Part shown: positions 1-8,848 of the stretch, in pieces
Layout: every line of letters starts with the position of its first letter
Numbering within the stretch: the first letter of the stretch is position 1
UHGV virus genome: UHGV-0010228
Origin: a virus
Strand: one strand, 5' to 3'
Length of the DNA: 64,000 bases
Program-made: the position numbers and the translations under genes
Notes under the pieces: model-generated
Database searches by the model: none
Seen by the model: only the letters and a program-made list of their open reading frames with translations
Told to the model about the DNA's origin: nothing

Positions 1-85
1 AACTTACAGGATGCTTACCTGAAGCTCTAACAGTTCCCTTAACTTTCTCTTCTACAGTCTTCTTCATTTCATCGTACTTTGACAT
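1..85 (-). CDS. Hypothetical protein, N-terminal fragment (continues beyond the left edge of the window)
   Basis: Minus-strand ATG at 85-83 (MSKYDEMKKTVEEKVKG...) preceded by a GGAG-type RBS (plus-strand 'ctcctt' at 92-97). The ORF stays open to the window edge. Confidence 0.4.
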   Translation of the reverse strand, partial: MSKYDEMKKTVEEKVKGTVRASGKHPVS

Positions 86-159
86 TTTTTTAATCTCCTT
101 TTCATGATTCAGATTTAATTATAAATTAAATTACTCGTGGTGTTCGTTGAGTTATAAAT

Positions 160-1848
160 TTATAACGTAGTTGCTCCAGATGGTGGATTTACCATCTTAG
201 TTGATACTGGTTCTGAATTATTGAATTCATTTACAAGTTCTTCCCTGTCCATTTCAGAATATTCAGCGGAAGTTTCACTATCAGTAGCTATCACTTCAGT
301 AGCTTCAACTACATCAACAGATTCTTTCAGTTTTTCCGCCTTCTCTTTAGCTAACTGAGCATCTGCCTGAGCTTTGAGCTTTTCCCAATATTCTTTATAA
401 ATAGTTACTAACTGCTTATATGCGACGTCACCTTCTTTAATTCCATACTCATGAACTCGATTTAAGAATTCTCTATATGGCAGATGGAAGATTTCTGGAT
501 CTATATCTTCATAATCATCTTCATCATCTTCGTCGTCATATTCATCTTCATCAATTTCTTCTTCAATATCTTCACTATCATCATCACCATTTATAAGTTT
601 ATTAAATGCTGCTATTGCAGCATCTTCTTCAACTACAGGTTTAGTAGTTTTCTTTTCAACTACTATTTCGTCATCATCATCTTCGTCTTCAGTTAAATAT
701 TCAATAACATCATATACAACTTTAGACAAATCTTTGATCTGATTCTTTAATTCTGAAACTTCAGTGTTAGTAGATGGTACTACTTTAGGCTTTGGAGTAA
801 TGTTTGAAGACTGATTATTAGCATTCTGACTCTGAAGAGATATCAGTGTTGACATCATATCAATCATCTTATCTATCCTTGGGTCATACATATTCTGCTG
901 CTGAGACTGAAGATTTTCAGTTCTCCTAGAGTGATTATATGGCGATCCACCTCTTCCATAACGGCGATTTGCGTAATCTTCCCCATAGACATACGCATCA
1001 AATTCATAATCGTCATCATCGTCATCATCTGGTTCACCTAATTCAGCAATCTGATCATCACTTAAACCATCTAATATGGAATAACCTGATGATGAACGAT
1101 AGTCTTCATCATCATTATTACGGTTATTATTTCCTGGGTTTATCATCTTAAATGAACCATTCTTAAAATCGGGTGCATTACCCATCATTCTCTGATAATC
1201 CATGTATGCATTATAGTTATCTAAATCTTCCTGTGTGTATACGTCCGGAAGACGATAAAATTCATTGTATTTCGAATATTCTTCTTCATCTTCATCGATT
1301 AAATCGTCATCGAAGAAATCTCCTAATCCGAAATTATGATGAATTCCATCTTTATCACTATCAATAAAGTTCATTAAACCTTTATACTTATTTTTATAAC
1401 CTTTAGCATTAAGATTTAAATATGACTTAAATTCTATTATAGTTTTCTTATATGCCTTATTATAGAATTTCAGTTCTTTCTTTAATGCATCAACATTTTT
1501 GCCATGTTTCTGTCTATCCTTAATACGATTTCTAGTATGCTTAATATCACATACTAAATTTATTAAATCCCTCATTGCCATCATAAGAGATTTAGATCCA
1601 ACTAATCTTTCAAGATTATTACGACCAACATATTTGTCAATCATAAATAATATCATCTTTGAATCTTCACAACGTATTATTCTAGATGCAAATCTATCCG
1701 CACCGAATAATTCATTGAAGATATCATCAACTGCGGAGACATTATCAGGAACTCTAGTTCCCATATTTACACATAAATTCACCATGCTTTTAGCAAGATA
1801 CATGTTTGATACATGTCTATACTTATATTTCTTATTCTTCATCTTCAT
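160..1848 (-). CDS. Large acidic (D/E-rich) hypothetical protein
   Basis: Long ORF. Probable start is MKMKNKK directly after GGAGG. Contains long poly-D/E tracts (DDDDDDD, EDEDDDDE, DEDEYDDEDDEDDYED) and a basic N-terminal region. Confidence 0.6.
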   Translation of the reverse strand: MKMKNKKYKYRHVSNMYLAKSMVNLCVNMGTRVPDNVSAVDDIFNELFGADRFASRIIRCEDSKMILFMIDKYVGRNNLERLVGSKSLMMAMRDLINLVCDIKHTRNRIKDRQKHGKNVDALKKELKFYNKAYKKTIIEFKSYLNLNAKGYKNKYKGLMNFIDSDKDGIHHNFGLGDFFDDDLIDEDEEEYSKYNEFYRLPDVYTQEDLDNYNAYMDYQRMMGNAPDFKNGSFKMINPGNNNRNNDDEDYRSSSGYSILDGLSDDQIAELGEPDDDDDDDYEFDAYVYGEDYANRRYGRGGSPYNHSRRTENLQSQQQNMYDPRIDKMIDMMSTLISLQSQNANNQSSNITPKPKVVPSTNTEVSELKNQIKDLSKVVYDVIEYLTEDEDDDDEIVVEKKTTKPVVEEDAAIAAFNKLINGDDDSEDIEEEIDEDEYDDEDDEDDYEDIDPEIFHLPYREFLNRVHEYGIKEGDVAYKQLVTIYKEYWEKLKAQADAQLAKEKAEKLKESVDVVEATEVIATDSETSAEYSEMDREELVNEFNNSEPVSTKMVNPPSGATTL

Positions 1849-2395
1849 CCTCCACATAATTATCTAATGTATCAGTTAATTCGTCTGGATCGTGAAAATC
1901 ATTATCTTCAACATCATCAAAGATTGATTCATCTTCATCTAAATCATTCTTATATAATTCAACATATCTGCCAATCTGATCTTCGACAATATTTCTATAA
2001 GTATCTTCATCTGATATTATATCAATACAATTATTAATGATCGTATCCTTATATTCATCACTGAATTCATCAATTGAGATATCGTCAGAATATGACTCAA
2101 TGATATCATCATATGCAGATGAAAATGCTGATCTATCGTGATATGTTATTACGTCAGATCCATAAAATTCTTCCATAGCATCTGAATATTCTTTCTTAGT
2201 TTTATAACCAGAAGGATCAATGAATGATTCCATATCATTCATTGCTTTTGTGACTTCATCTGCAATGTTTAAAATCTTTTCGTCATCTTCATTATCTGTG
2301 TAAGATGATACCATTGCATAAAAGTTTGATAATCTGCTCATTGTGTTTTTCTCCTTTTTAATTAAGTAATATAATTTATTAGTGTTATTCACCAT
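1832..2395 (-). CDS. Acidic hypothetical protein
   Basis: 187-aa ORF that overlaps the start of the downstream gene. D/E-rich. Confidence 0.55.
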   Translation of the reverse strand: MVNNTNKLYYLIKKEKNTMSRLSNFYAMVSSYTDNEDDEKILNIADEVTKAMNDMESFIDPSGYKTKKEYSDAMEEFYGSDVITYHDRSAFSSAYDDIIESYSDDISIDEFSDEYKDTIINNCIDIISDEDTYRNIVEDQIGRYVELYKNDLDEDESIFDDVEDNDFHDPDELTDTLDNYVEDEDEE

Positions 2396-2523
2396 TAGAG
2401 ATAATTATAAGCGCGGATTTCTTATAATTATTTCACTAAAATAATATATCATTATAAAAAAAATAGAGGATGAAGAATAAACTTCATCCTCTTATGCTAG
2501 TTATTTATATAATTAGCAAATTT

Positions 2524-3258
2524 TTACCAACCCTGATAATCGTAAAGATTTGCTAAATCTTCATCAAGAAAATCCATTGCCTCATCATATGCAACATCAA
2601 GATCTTCTTCTGTTATACCCATGACATCTCCAGCATTATTATTGAAAGTGTCATTTATATAATCTGTAGATATATAATTATATCCACATACAGTTGATAT
2701 AAATTCCTGAATTTCTGGAGCACATGCCATACGCCATTCATAAGTTGGATACTTATTTACTATCTTAACTTTTAATGGTTTAGAACTGGCTTGATTCCAA
2801 TGAACTGTAAAATCATACGATTCTCTTAATTCGTTAAGAGAATCAACATATGACATACCAGATAGCAGTCCTAACTGAGCCTGAAGGAGCATAGCTCCAT
2901 AATCATTGAAGTTAAGAGTTCCATATGTTATCTCATACTCCTTAACCTCGTCATTATCAGTTATAGTATCAAAACTGATAATGTCAAATCCAGTTGCACA
3001 GTCTTTTGCAACTATTTGTGCAACTTCTGAAATTTCTGACTCTGAAATTCCCATTTCTCCTTCACCTAACCACGAGAGCCAGTTTTCTAACGTTTCCTGA
3101 ATACCATACCCAGTAAACTTTTCAAACTGACTCCAGCTATTTTTTGTATTAATTTGCTCAAAAGTATTATACACCATTTCGGATGATTTTGCACATCCTG
3201 TGAATAATAATATTGACGCAATAACTAATACTAATACGGTAAAGATACTTTTCTTCAT
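2524..3258 (-). CDS. Putative secreted lipoprotein
   Basis: Start at MKKSIFTVLVLVIASILLFTGC after 'aaggaggg'. Signal peptide plus lipobox-like LFTGC. Confidence 0.6.
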   Translation of the reverse strand: MKKSIFTVLVLVIASILLFTGCAKSSEMVYNTFEQINTKNSWSQFEKFTGYGIQETLENWLSWLGEGEMGISESEISEVAQIVAKDCATGFDIISFDTITDNDEVKEYEITYGTLNFNDYGAMLLQAQLGLLSGMSYVDSLNELRESYDFTVHWNQASSKPLKVKIVNKYPTYEWRMACAPEIQEFISTVCGYNYISTDYINDTFNNNAGDVMGITEEDLDVAYDEAMDFLDEDLANLYDYQGW

Positions 3259-3271
3259 TTTATTTCCCTCC

Positions 3272-3877
3272 TTATACATAAAGATTATTCCATTCTACAA
3301 CCGAATACTGATCGGTTCCATCCATTGGCATTTGGTCTGAATATGCCCAATAAATGCCAATTACATGATATTCCTCATTAGGATTTATTCTTAATCCTAT
3401 AGTCTTTTCATAATCCAAAACAATTTCTGGATCGGTAACATTTTCAATTGGGCTGAATGTGTTTGGAAAATATGGATCTTCTATAAAGTGTGAGAAAAAT
3501 TCATCATCAGTAGCAATGATATATATATTCTCAAGGTCTGGAAAATATAATGCAATTTCTGGACCTTCCCCATAATAATTTCCAGTAACATGTGATCCCA
3601 TATCACTTTCATCGATATCAATAAGAGCAAATTTTGCTCTACTCTTATCAATATAATCTAAATAGGTCATTGTATCTTCAACTATAGATTTTAATTCATC
3701 AGATGGTATATACCCGTTAAATTCTGAATTGGGATTTACATCCCAGTTATACTGATAACTATCCTCGTCAGAAGATACTGGTGATGATTCTATAGGGTTT
3801 TCTTTGGCTGGTGATTCTCCAACTCCACAACCTGATAAACCTATAATACCTGCTAATATTAATGCTACAATTTTCAT
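3272..3877 (-). CDS. Putative secreted lipoprotein
   Basis: MKIVALILAGIIGLSGC is a canonical lipobox (L-S-G-C). RBS 'aaggagg'. Arranged in tandem with 2524-3258. Confidence 0.65.
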   Translation of the reverse strand: MKIVALILAGIIGLSGCGVGESPAKENPIESSPVSSDEDSYQYNWDVNPNSEFNGYIPSDELKSIVEDTMTYLDYIDKSRAKFALIDIDESDMGSHVTGNYYGEGPEIALYFPDLENIYIIATDDEFFSHFIEDPYFPNTFSPIENVTDPEIVLDYEKTIGLRINPNEEYHVIGIYWAYSDQMPMDGTDQYSVVEWNNLYV

Positions 3878-4003
3878 TTTATTTCCTCCTTAATAATAAC
3901 TTATAACTAGCATTTAATCACTATAATAATATATCAATTTAAAAAAATACAAATATCAGGAAGCTTTAACATTTCATTAAAATGTATACAAGGAGGTGTA
4001 CAA

Positions 4004-7000
4004 ATGCTATTCGAAAATTATGAAGATTGGAGAGTATATCCACCACAACCGAGGATATATTTCCCTAAAAATTCTTCAAAAAATAAAACTGCAGGATATG
4101 GATCAGCGTTATTTTTATTAACCCCCAAAACTACATCATCTTTCGAATTTATGAAAGATAAAAATGTAGCACTCAGAATGTCTTTATATAAATACTATAT
4201 GATAGAGACGATGTATAAAGAAAAAATTGGTCGAAAAAATGTCATATTAAATATGACTAGACAGATGGAAGCTTTATATAATGAAAATAATGTTGAAAAA
4301 GATACTACAATATCTTATATTCCTAGACCTCAGAAAAAAGCTAGATTAAAATCTGGTAATAATATAATTGTAGATTTATCAATGTGGATGGAATTATATC
4401 TTAAATATACAGTAACTATTCAGAATCCTAAGGAAAAGTGTAGAATATTTATAGATTTATTAGATAAATTGCTTAATGATAGTAATTATAATAATTATGA
4501 AAAATTAGTATGCATAGATATAAATTCATGGACTAATAGAGCGGCAGATTGTGTTATGATGAATCGCGATCTACTCAATAACCCTCTATCAATTTTAATT
4601 TATGCTATGGTTAAATATCCGGATTTATTAAATGGAAAACTTAAAAACTTTAGAATATATCTCGTAAATAGATCTAGTAAGCAGATTTTTCTCTTTAATA
4701 CAAAAGATATTATTAAAGATAATTATAACAAATTTAAGAGTAAGATCAAATTATTCAAGGGTATATCTATATCATCTTCTGAAACTCTTGAGGGCGATAC
4801 CAATATATCAGAAGGTGAAGCCAAGGCTATCGCTATCAATAATTATAAAAATAAAGTATTAAAGTCAATGAAGAGTAATCTCTTAGGTAACAGTAAGAAT
4901 ACTGAAATTCGAGAAATTACTGACGATGATGAATTGATTGATAGTAATGATGATTATGATGAGATCTTCGATGTTACTAAAGAAATAGAAGAAGAATCTG
5001 ATGAAGTAAAACCAACCGATGAAGATTCTAATCTTTTTGATGAAATGGGAGCAGAGTTAGATCTTGATGCTGAAGCTTTGGCTGAATTAGATAATATGAT
5101 TGGTGATATTGATGATGTATCAACTGATGATATATTGAATACTCCAGTAGATGAAGTTGCAGATGATCTTGCTGAACGTGTTAAAAATAATGTATTCATT
5201 GCGGAATTTAAACCTAAGAGGACAAGTGAGCAAGAAGAGCGAAATCGTGAAATGATGGATATTCAGGCAATAGCTCTTAATCAGGAAAATATTGATAATG
5301 CAAAAACCAAGATAATTGATACAACAGATTTTTCAGACTATATCAATTCTTCCAATGTAAATATTCTTAAATCAAAATATGTTAATTTTGATAAAGACTA
5401 TGTTGAAAAGAAAATGGAAGGTGACATAGACAATGCTGTTGCTTGCTTATCTGGAGCGACAGATAAGATATTCATCACCAATAAAGAAGTTATTGATTCT
5501 TCAGACTCTTTAAATCTTAAGAGGACTTTAAAATATTCCCTTGAAGATGAAAAAGGTAATAAAATGACAATAACTTTTGATGTACCTATTATAATTGATA
5601 ACTGCTATATCTATGTAAATGGTAGTAAGAAGTTGATAGGTCATCAGTTTATATTAAAACCTCTAGTAAAAACTGGTCCTGATACTGTTCAGTTAGTAAC
5701 TTCATATAATAAAGTATTTATCACTAGAGATGGCGTTGTAGATTATATATCTTCTAGCATTATAACTTATATGGAGAAGAATCCAGAGAAGTTTAAGTGT
5801 GTTAGGGGTAATTCATCAATTAAGAATAAGAAATATAACACAGCATTAGATTTTACAATGTATGCTAAGTTATTTACTAGATTTACAATTGGTGATGAAG
5901 AATTTATTACCGGCATTGAAGAATTTTATGATAGATACAATAAAAAATATCCAACTAAAAAACTTAAGTTGGATAAAAAGAAAATTGCTGAGAAGTATCC
6001 AATTTCATTTAATAAAAAGACTGGTGAAATAAGATATATGAAATCAACTGAAAGTTTTTCGGATATCTTATTATCAATCATTGATGAAGAAGATAAGAAA
6101 GCAATTAGTAGAATTAAAAAGAAACCTAGACTGGTTTATGTTAGGGCTAAATTAATGGGCCAAATATTCCCAATGGCTCTTCTTTTAATGTATCATGAAG
6201 GATTCGCGTCTATAATGAAACGTGCAGATATTGCTTATCAATTCACAGATAAGAAGTCATATAATAAAATGGATAAAATGAGATATGATTTCTTAGAACT
6301 ATCGGATGGATTAGTCGTCTGGGAACGTAGAAATATGTTAACTTCATTACTCATGAATGGCTTAAAGCGATTAGATTTTACACCTTATACAATAGAAGAG
6401 TTAGAATCTAAGGATACTTATAGGTCATTATTAGTCGACTTATATAATGGGGATAATTCTATTTCATATAAAATAGATCAGTTCTATGATTTTACAATAG
6501 ATTCTATTACTAAGGAGATATTAGAGGATATGAATTATCCTACAAATCTTCCTGATTTATTAATATTAGCAGTTAAGATGTTATGTGATAGCGCATATGC
6601 TCTTGAAAATAATATGAATAATATGAGAATTAGAAGTAATGAGGTAATTCCAGCGATTATTCATAAAGAAATAGCAGATGCATATAACTTATATAGAAAG
6701 ACATCTTATAAGAAGAAACCAGTTAATGTATCTATTAAACCAAATATCATAATTGATAAATTACTATCTGCTGATACCAATCTCATCGAGGAATTTAGTA
6801 CTATAAATCCTGTATTAGAGATAGAAAAAGCTCGTTGTGTAACATTTAAAGGCTATAGAGGTATACAGTTAGATAGAGCGATAACTCTTCCTAGACGTGG
6901 ATATGATCCATCAATGTTAGGAATTATGGGAATTTCAACATCATCAGATGCTAACTGTGGTGTAAATAGACAGATGACATTAGAACCTGCGATTACATCT

Positions 7001-7159
7001 ACAAGAGGATACTTGGAGGTAAATGGTGTTGAAAATGTAAATTCTTTAACAGATGCTAATTTACTATCGCCAGCAGAATTATTAACACCACTCGGTGTTA
7101 TACATGATGACCCCGATAGAACTGCGATCAAAAAAAGCTTGTTAGATGTCGCAGTATAA
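4004..7159 (+). CDS. Multisubunit RNA polymerase beta subunit, N-terminal part (exon 1). The ORF reads through into a group I intron and stops at 7157-7159.
   Basis: RBS 'aaggagg'. C-terminal region 'SDANCGVNRQMTLEP' resembles the conserved bacterial beta motif 'DSNRALMGANMQRQAVPL'. 'YIYVNGSKKLIGHQFILKP' is reminiscent of 'FIINGTERVIVSQL'. Contiguous with the intron and exon 2. Confidence 0.55.
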   Translation: MLFENYEDWRVYPPQPRIYFPKNSSKNKTAGYGSALFLLTPKTTSSFEFMKDKNVALRMSLYKYYMIETMYKEKIGRKNVILNMTRQMEALYNENNVEKDTTISYIPRPQKKARLKSGNNIIVDLSMWMELYLKYTVTIQNPKEKCRIFIDLLDKLLNDSNYNNYEKLVCIDINSWTNRAADCVMMNRDLLNNPLSILIYAMVKYPDLLNGKLKNFRIYLVNRSSKQIFLFNTKDIIKDNYNKFKSKIKLFKGISISSSETLEGDTNISEGEAKAIAINNYKNKVLKSMKSNLLGNSKNTEIREITDDDELIDSNDDYDEIFDVTKEIEEESDEVKPTDEDSNLFDEMGAELDLDAEALAELDNMIGDIDDVSTDDILNTPVDEVADDLAERVKNNVFIAEFKPKRTSEQEERNREMMDIQAIALNQENIDNAKTKIIDTTDFSDYINSSNVNILKSKYVNFDKDYVEKKMEGDIDNAVACLSGATDKIFITNKEVIDSSDSLNLKRTLKYSLEDEKGNKMTITFDVPIIIDNCYIYVNGSKKLIGHQFILKPLVKTGPDTVQLVTSYNKVFITRDGVVDYISSSIITYMEKNPEKFKCVRGNSSIKNKKYNTALDFTMYAKLFTRFTIGDEEFITGIEEFYDRYNKKYPTKKLKLDKKKIAEKYPISFNKKTGEIRYMKSTESFSDILLSIIDEEDKKAISRIKKKPRLVYVRAKLMGQIFPMALLLMYHEGFASIMKRADIAYQFTDKKSYNKMDKMRYDFLELSDGLVVWERRNMLTSLLMNGLKRLDFTPYTIEELESKDTYRSLLVDLYNGDNSISYKIDQFYDFTIDSITKEILEDMNYPTNLPDLLILAVKMLCDSAYALENNMNNMRIRSNEVIPAIIHKEIADAYNLYRKTSYKKKPVNVSIKPNIIIDKLLSADTNLIEEFSTINPVLEIEKARCVTFKGYRGIQLDRAITLPRRGYDPSMLGIMGISTSSDANCGVNRQMTLEPAITSTRGYLEVNGVENVNSLTDANLLSPAELLTPLGVIHDDPDRTAIKKSLLDVAV

Positions 7160-7542
7160 TACCTTGTGAATTGCGGGGATAATTGATACTTTTTATATAC
7201 TAAATCATTATAGTAATATAATGATGGCGAGGGGTAATTCCTTAGGTATAGTAATAATTATAAAAAGAATATTAAATCCGCATCTAATGCTCTTTATACG
7301 AGAAAAGTTCAGAGACTATCGAAAGCTAGATATCTATCATTTATAGAAATATATAAAATACTATACAATATATAGTATGGATAGATTGAGATAACCAAGT
7401 GAGTAGAGTAGAGCCAAGTTATTGGGTTAGTATATATATGATATTAGTATATAGTAAATCTATTAAATCGAAGCGCAAGGGTTAGATTTTATTTGGTAAA
7501 AGAGTAAGATCTAATAAGATATAGTCCGCGATCACATTGTGG
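7001..7542 (+). ncRNA. Group I self-splicing intron with no internal ORF, interrupting the RNAP beta gene. Boundaries are approximate.
   Basis: Canonical core elements occur in the right order and spacing: P 'gAATTGCGGGg' at 7168-7178, Q 'AAATCCGCA' at 7262-7270, R 'GTTCAGAGACTATC' at 7295-7308 and S 'AAGATATAGTCC' at 7516-7527. P4 pairs tgcgg with ccgca, and P7 pairs gacta with tagtc. Candidate P1 is exon 'atct' (6997-7000) with IGS 'ggat' (7007-7010). Candidate P10 is 'aaga' (7003-7006) with exon-2 'tctt' (7543-7546). Candidate omega-G is 7542. Confidence 0.7.
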
Positions 7543-8724
7543 TCTTACAAGCAAACGAAATACATGATTCCAGTTGCTGATTCGTCACCAGTGTTAATAG
7601 GTAATAAAGTTGAATCTATTTTACCATATTTAATTTCAAATGAATTTGTTGTTGATGCTAAGCAAGATGGTGAAGTTGTTGAGATTAAAGACGATTATTG
7701 TGTCGTAAAATATAAAGATGGAACTTATTATTCTATAGATATTGGAAGTAGAATTAAGAAAAATGCAAGTGCAGGTTTCTTTATAGACAATAAATTAACT
7801 TGCAATTTAAAAGTTGGAGATAAATTCAAAAAGGGTGATATTTTAGCTTACAGTGATAAAGCATTTACTCCTAATAGAGATGGTAAAGGCGCATCTATGA
7901 ATTTAGGAGTATTAACAAAAATTGCAATTGTAAGTAATTGGGATGTATATGAGGATAGTGCACCTATCACTAAAAAATTAGCTGAACGGTTAGCTACAGA
8001 TATGGTTTGGGAAAAAGCAGTATCATTAAATCCTGGTACTTACATTGAAAAGATGGTTAAGATTGGTGATAAAATAAAGACTGGTGAATCACTGATGTTA
8101 TTTGAAGAAGTTGATGATACGGATTTCGCTGCTGTTCTTAAACAGATTCGTGAAGAAAATCAAGAAGAACTTATTGAAAGCACAAAATCAACTATTACTT
8201 CGAAATACACAGGAGAAATTGCTGATATTAAAATATATTCAACTGTGCCAGTTGAAGAGATGGATGAATCTTTAGCTAAAATAGTGACCGATTATTATAA
8301 AAAGGTCGAAAAAAGAAATAATATTCTTGAAAAATATAAGAATCCTGGAGATTGTAATTATTATAAATCTGGACAGATTATATCTGAGGAATCTAAAGTT
8401 ATGAAACCATCTAAATCTGGTAAGATTAAAGGTGAGTATGCCGAAAATTCAGTAGTTATTGTATTCTATGTTAAGTATAGAGATGTAGCTGCTAAGGGTG
8501 ATAAAGTATGTGCACAGTTCGCACTTAAGGGTGTTTGCTCACATGTTATAGAAGAAGGATTAGAGCCATATTCTGAATATAGACCAGATGAAGAAATATC
8601 AGCTCTTATTGCACCTCTTGCAGTATCTGCAAGAAAAGTTCCGTCAGTATTCAAGATGATGTTTGGTAATAAATTGCTTATAGAATTAAAACGACATTTG
8701 AAAGATATGTACTTAAATAACTAA
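7543..8724 (+). CDS. Multisubunit RNA polymerase beta subunit, C-terminal part (exon 2)
   Basis: 'IPVADSSPVLIGNKVE' resembles 'VPLMQPEAPFVGTGME'. 'GDKVCAQFALKGVCSHVIEEGLEPYSE...IAPLAVSARK' matches the universally conserved beta motif 'GDKMAGRHGNKGVISKI..EDMPY...LNPLGVPSRMN'. There is no ATG or RBS at the 5' end of the ORF (the track starts at TTG), consistent with an exon. Confidence 0.75.
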   Translation, partial: SYKQTKYMIPVADSSPVLIGNKVESILPYLISNEFVVDAKQDGEVVEIKDDYCVVKYKDGTYYSIDIGSRIKKNASAGFFIDNKLTCNLKVGDKFKKGDILAYSDKAFTPNRDGKGASMNLGVLTKIAIVSNWDVYEDSAPITKKLAERLATDMVWEKAVSLNPGTYIEKMVKIGDKIKTGESLMLFEEVDDTDFAAVLKQIREENQEELIESTKSTITSKYTGEIADIKIYSTVPVEEMDESLAKIVTDYYKKVEKRNNILEKYKNPGDCNYYKSGQIISEESKVMKPSKSGKIKGEYAENSVVIVFYVKYRDVAAKGDKVCAQFALKGVCSHVIEEGLEPYSEYRPDEEISALIAPLAVSARKVPSVFKMMFGNKLLIELKRHLKDMYLNN

Positions 8725-8848
8725 ATAAACAAATTATGAATATAAGATATTGTCTAATATCTTATATTCATAATTCTATATAAATTTTATGAATATATTA
8801 TTTTGATGATAATATTATATTTCTTAAACAGTGAAAGGAGAATTAAAA

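Noticed and set aside
484-1367. Opposite-strand ORFs (484-696, 939-1151, 1173-1367) inside the acidic-protein gene.
   Set aside because: They are antisense to a long ORF whose coding frame is supported. They encode low-complexity I/F/H-rich peptides typical of AT-rich antisense frames, and have no RBS.
4954-5199. Antisense ORFs within RNAP beta exon 1 (4954-5199, 6853-7131) and within other long genes. These include 8466-8654, 9550-9876, 14456-14752, 21634-21906, 23424-23663, 28204-28392, 28588-29223, 29538-29732, 38357-38605, 40074-40382, 41131-41319, 42010-42255, 48560-48862, 49261-49458, 51080-51674, 53333-53551, 53976-54191, 57494-57691, 58176-58415, 60491-60854, 61353-61544 and 63105-63299.
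   Set aside because: They are embedded antisense, or overlap motif-supported genes. They are low-complexity, have no RBS, and are likely frame artefacts of AT-rich sequence.
6974-7159. Apparent double alignment of both the exon-1 tail ('MTLEPAITSTRGYLEV') and the exon-2 head ('IPVADSSPVLIGNKVE') to the same bacterial beta segment ('AVPLMQPEAPFVGTGMEYV'). This suggested a duplicated exon fragment.
   Set aside because: Short-motif alignments by eye are unreliable. It is more parsimonious that part of the exon-1 ORF tail is intron read-through. Left unresolved; it needs cDNA.
7160-7536. Initially read as an unusually long promoter or intergenic spacer between two separately encoded RNAP beta fragments, as in some phiKZ-like split RNAP genes.
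   Set aside because: The region contains all four group I core elements (P, Q, R, S) in order with complementary P4 and P7 strands. The downstream ORF lacks an ATG and RBS. Intron interpretation preferred.
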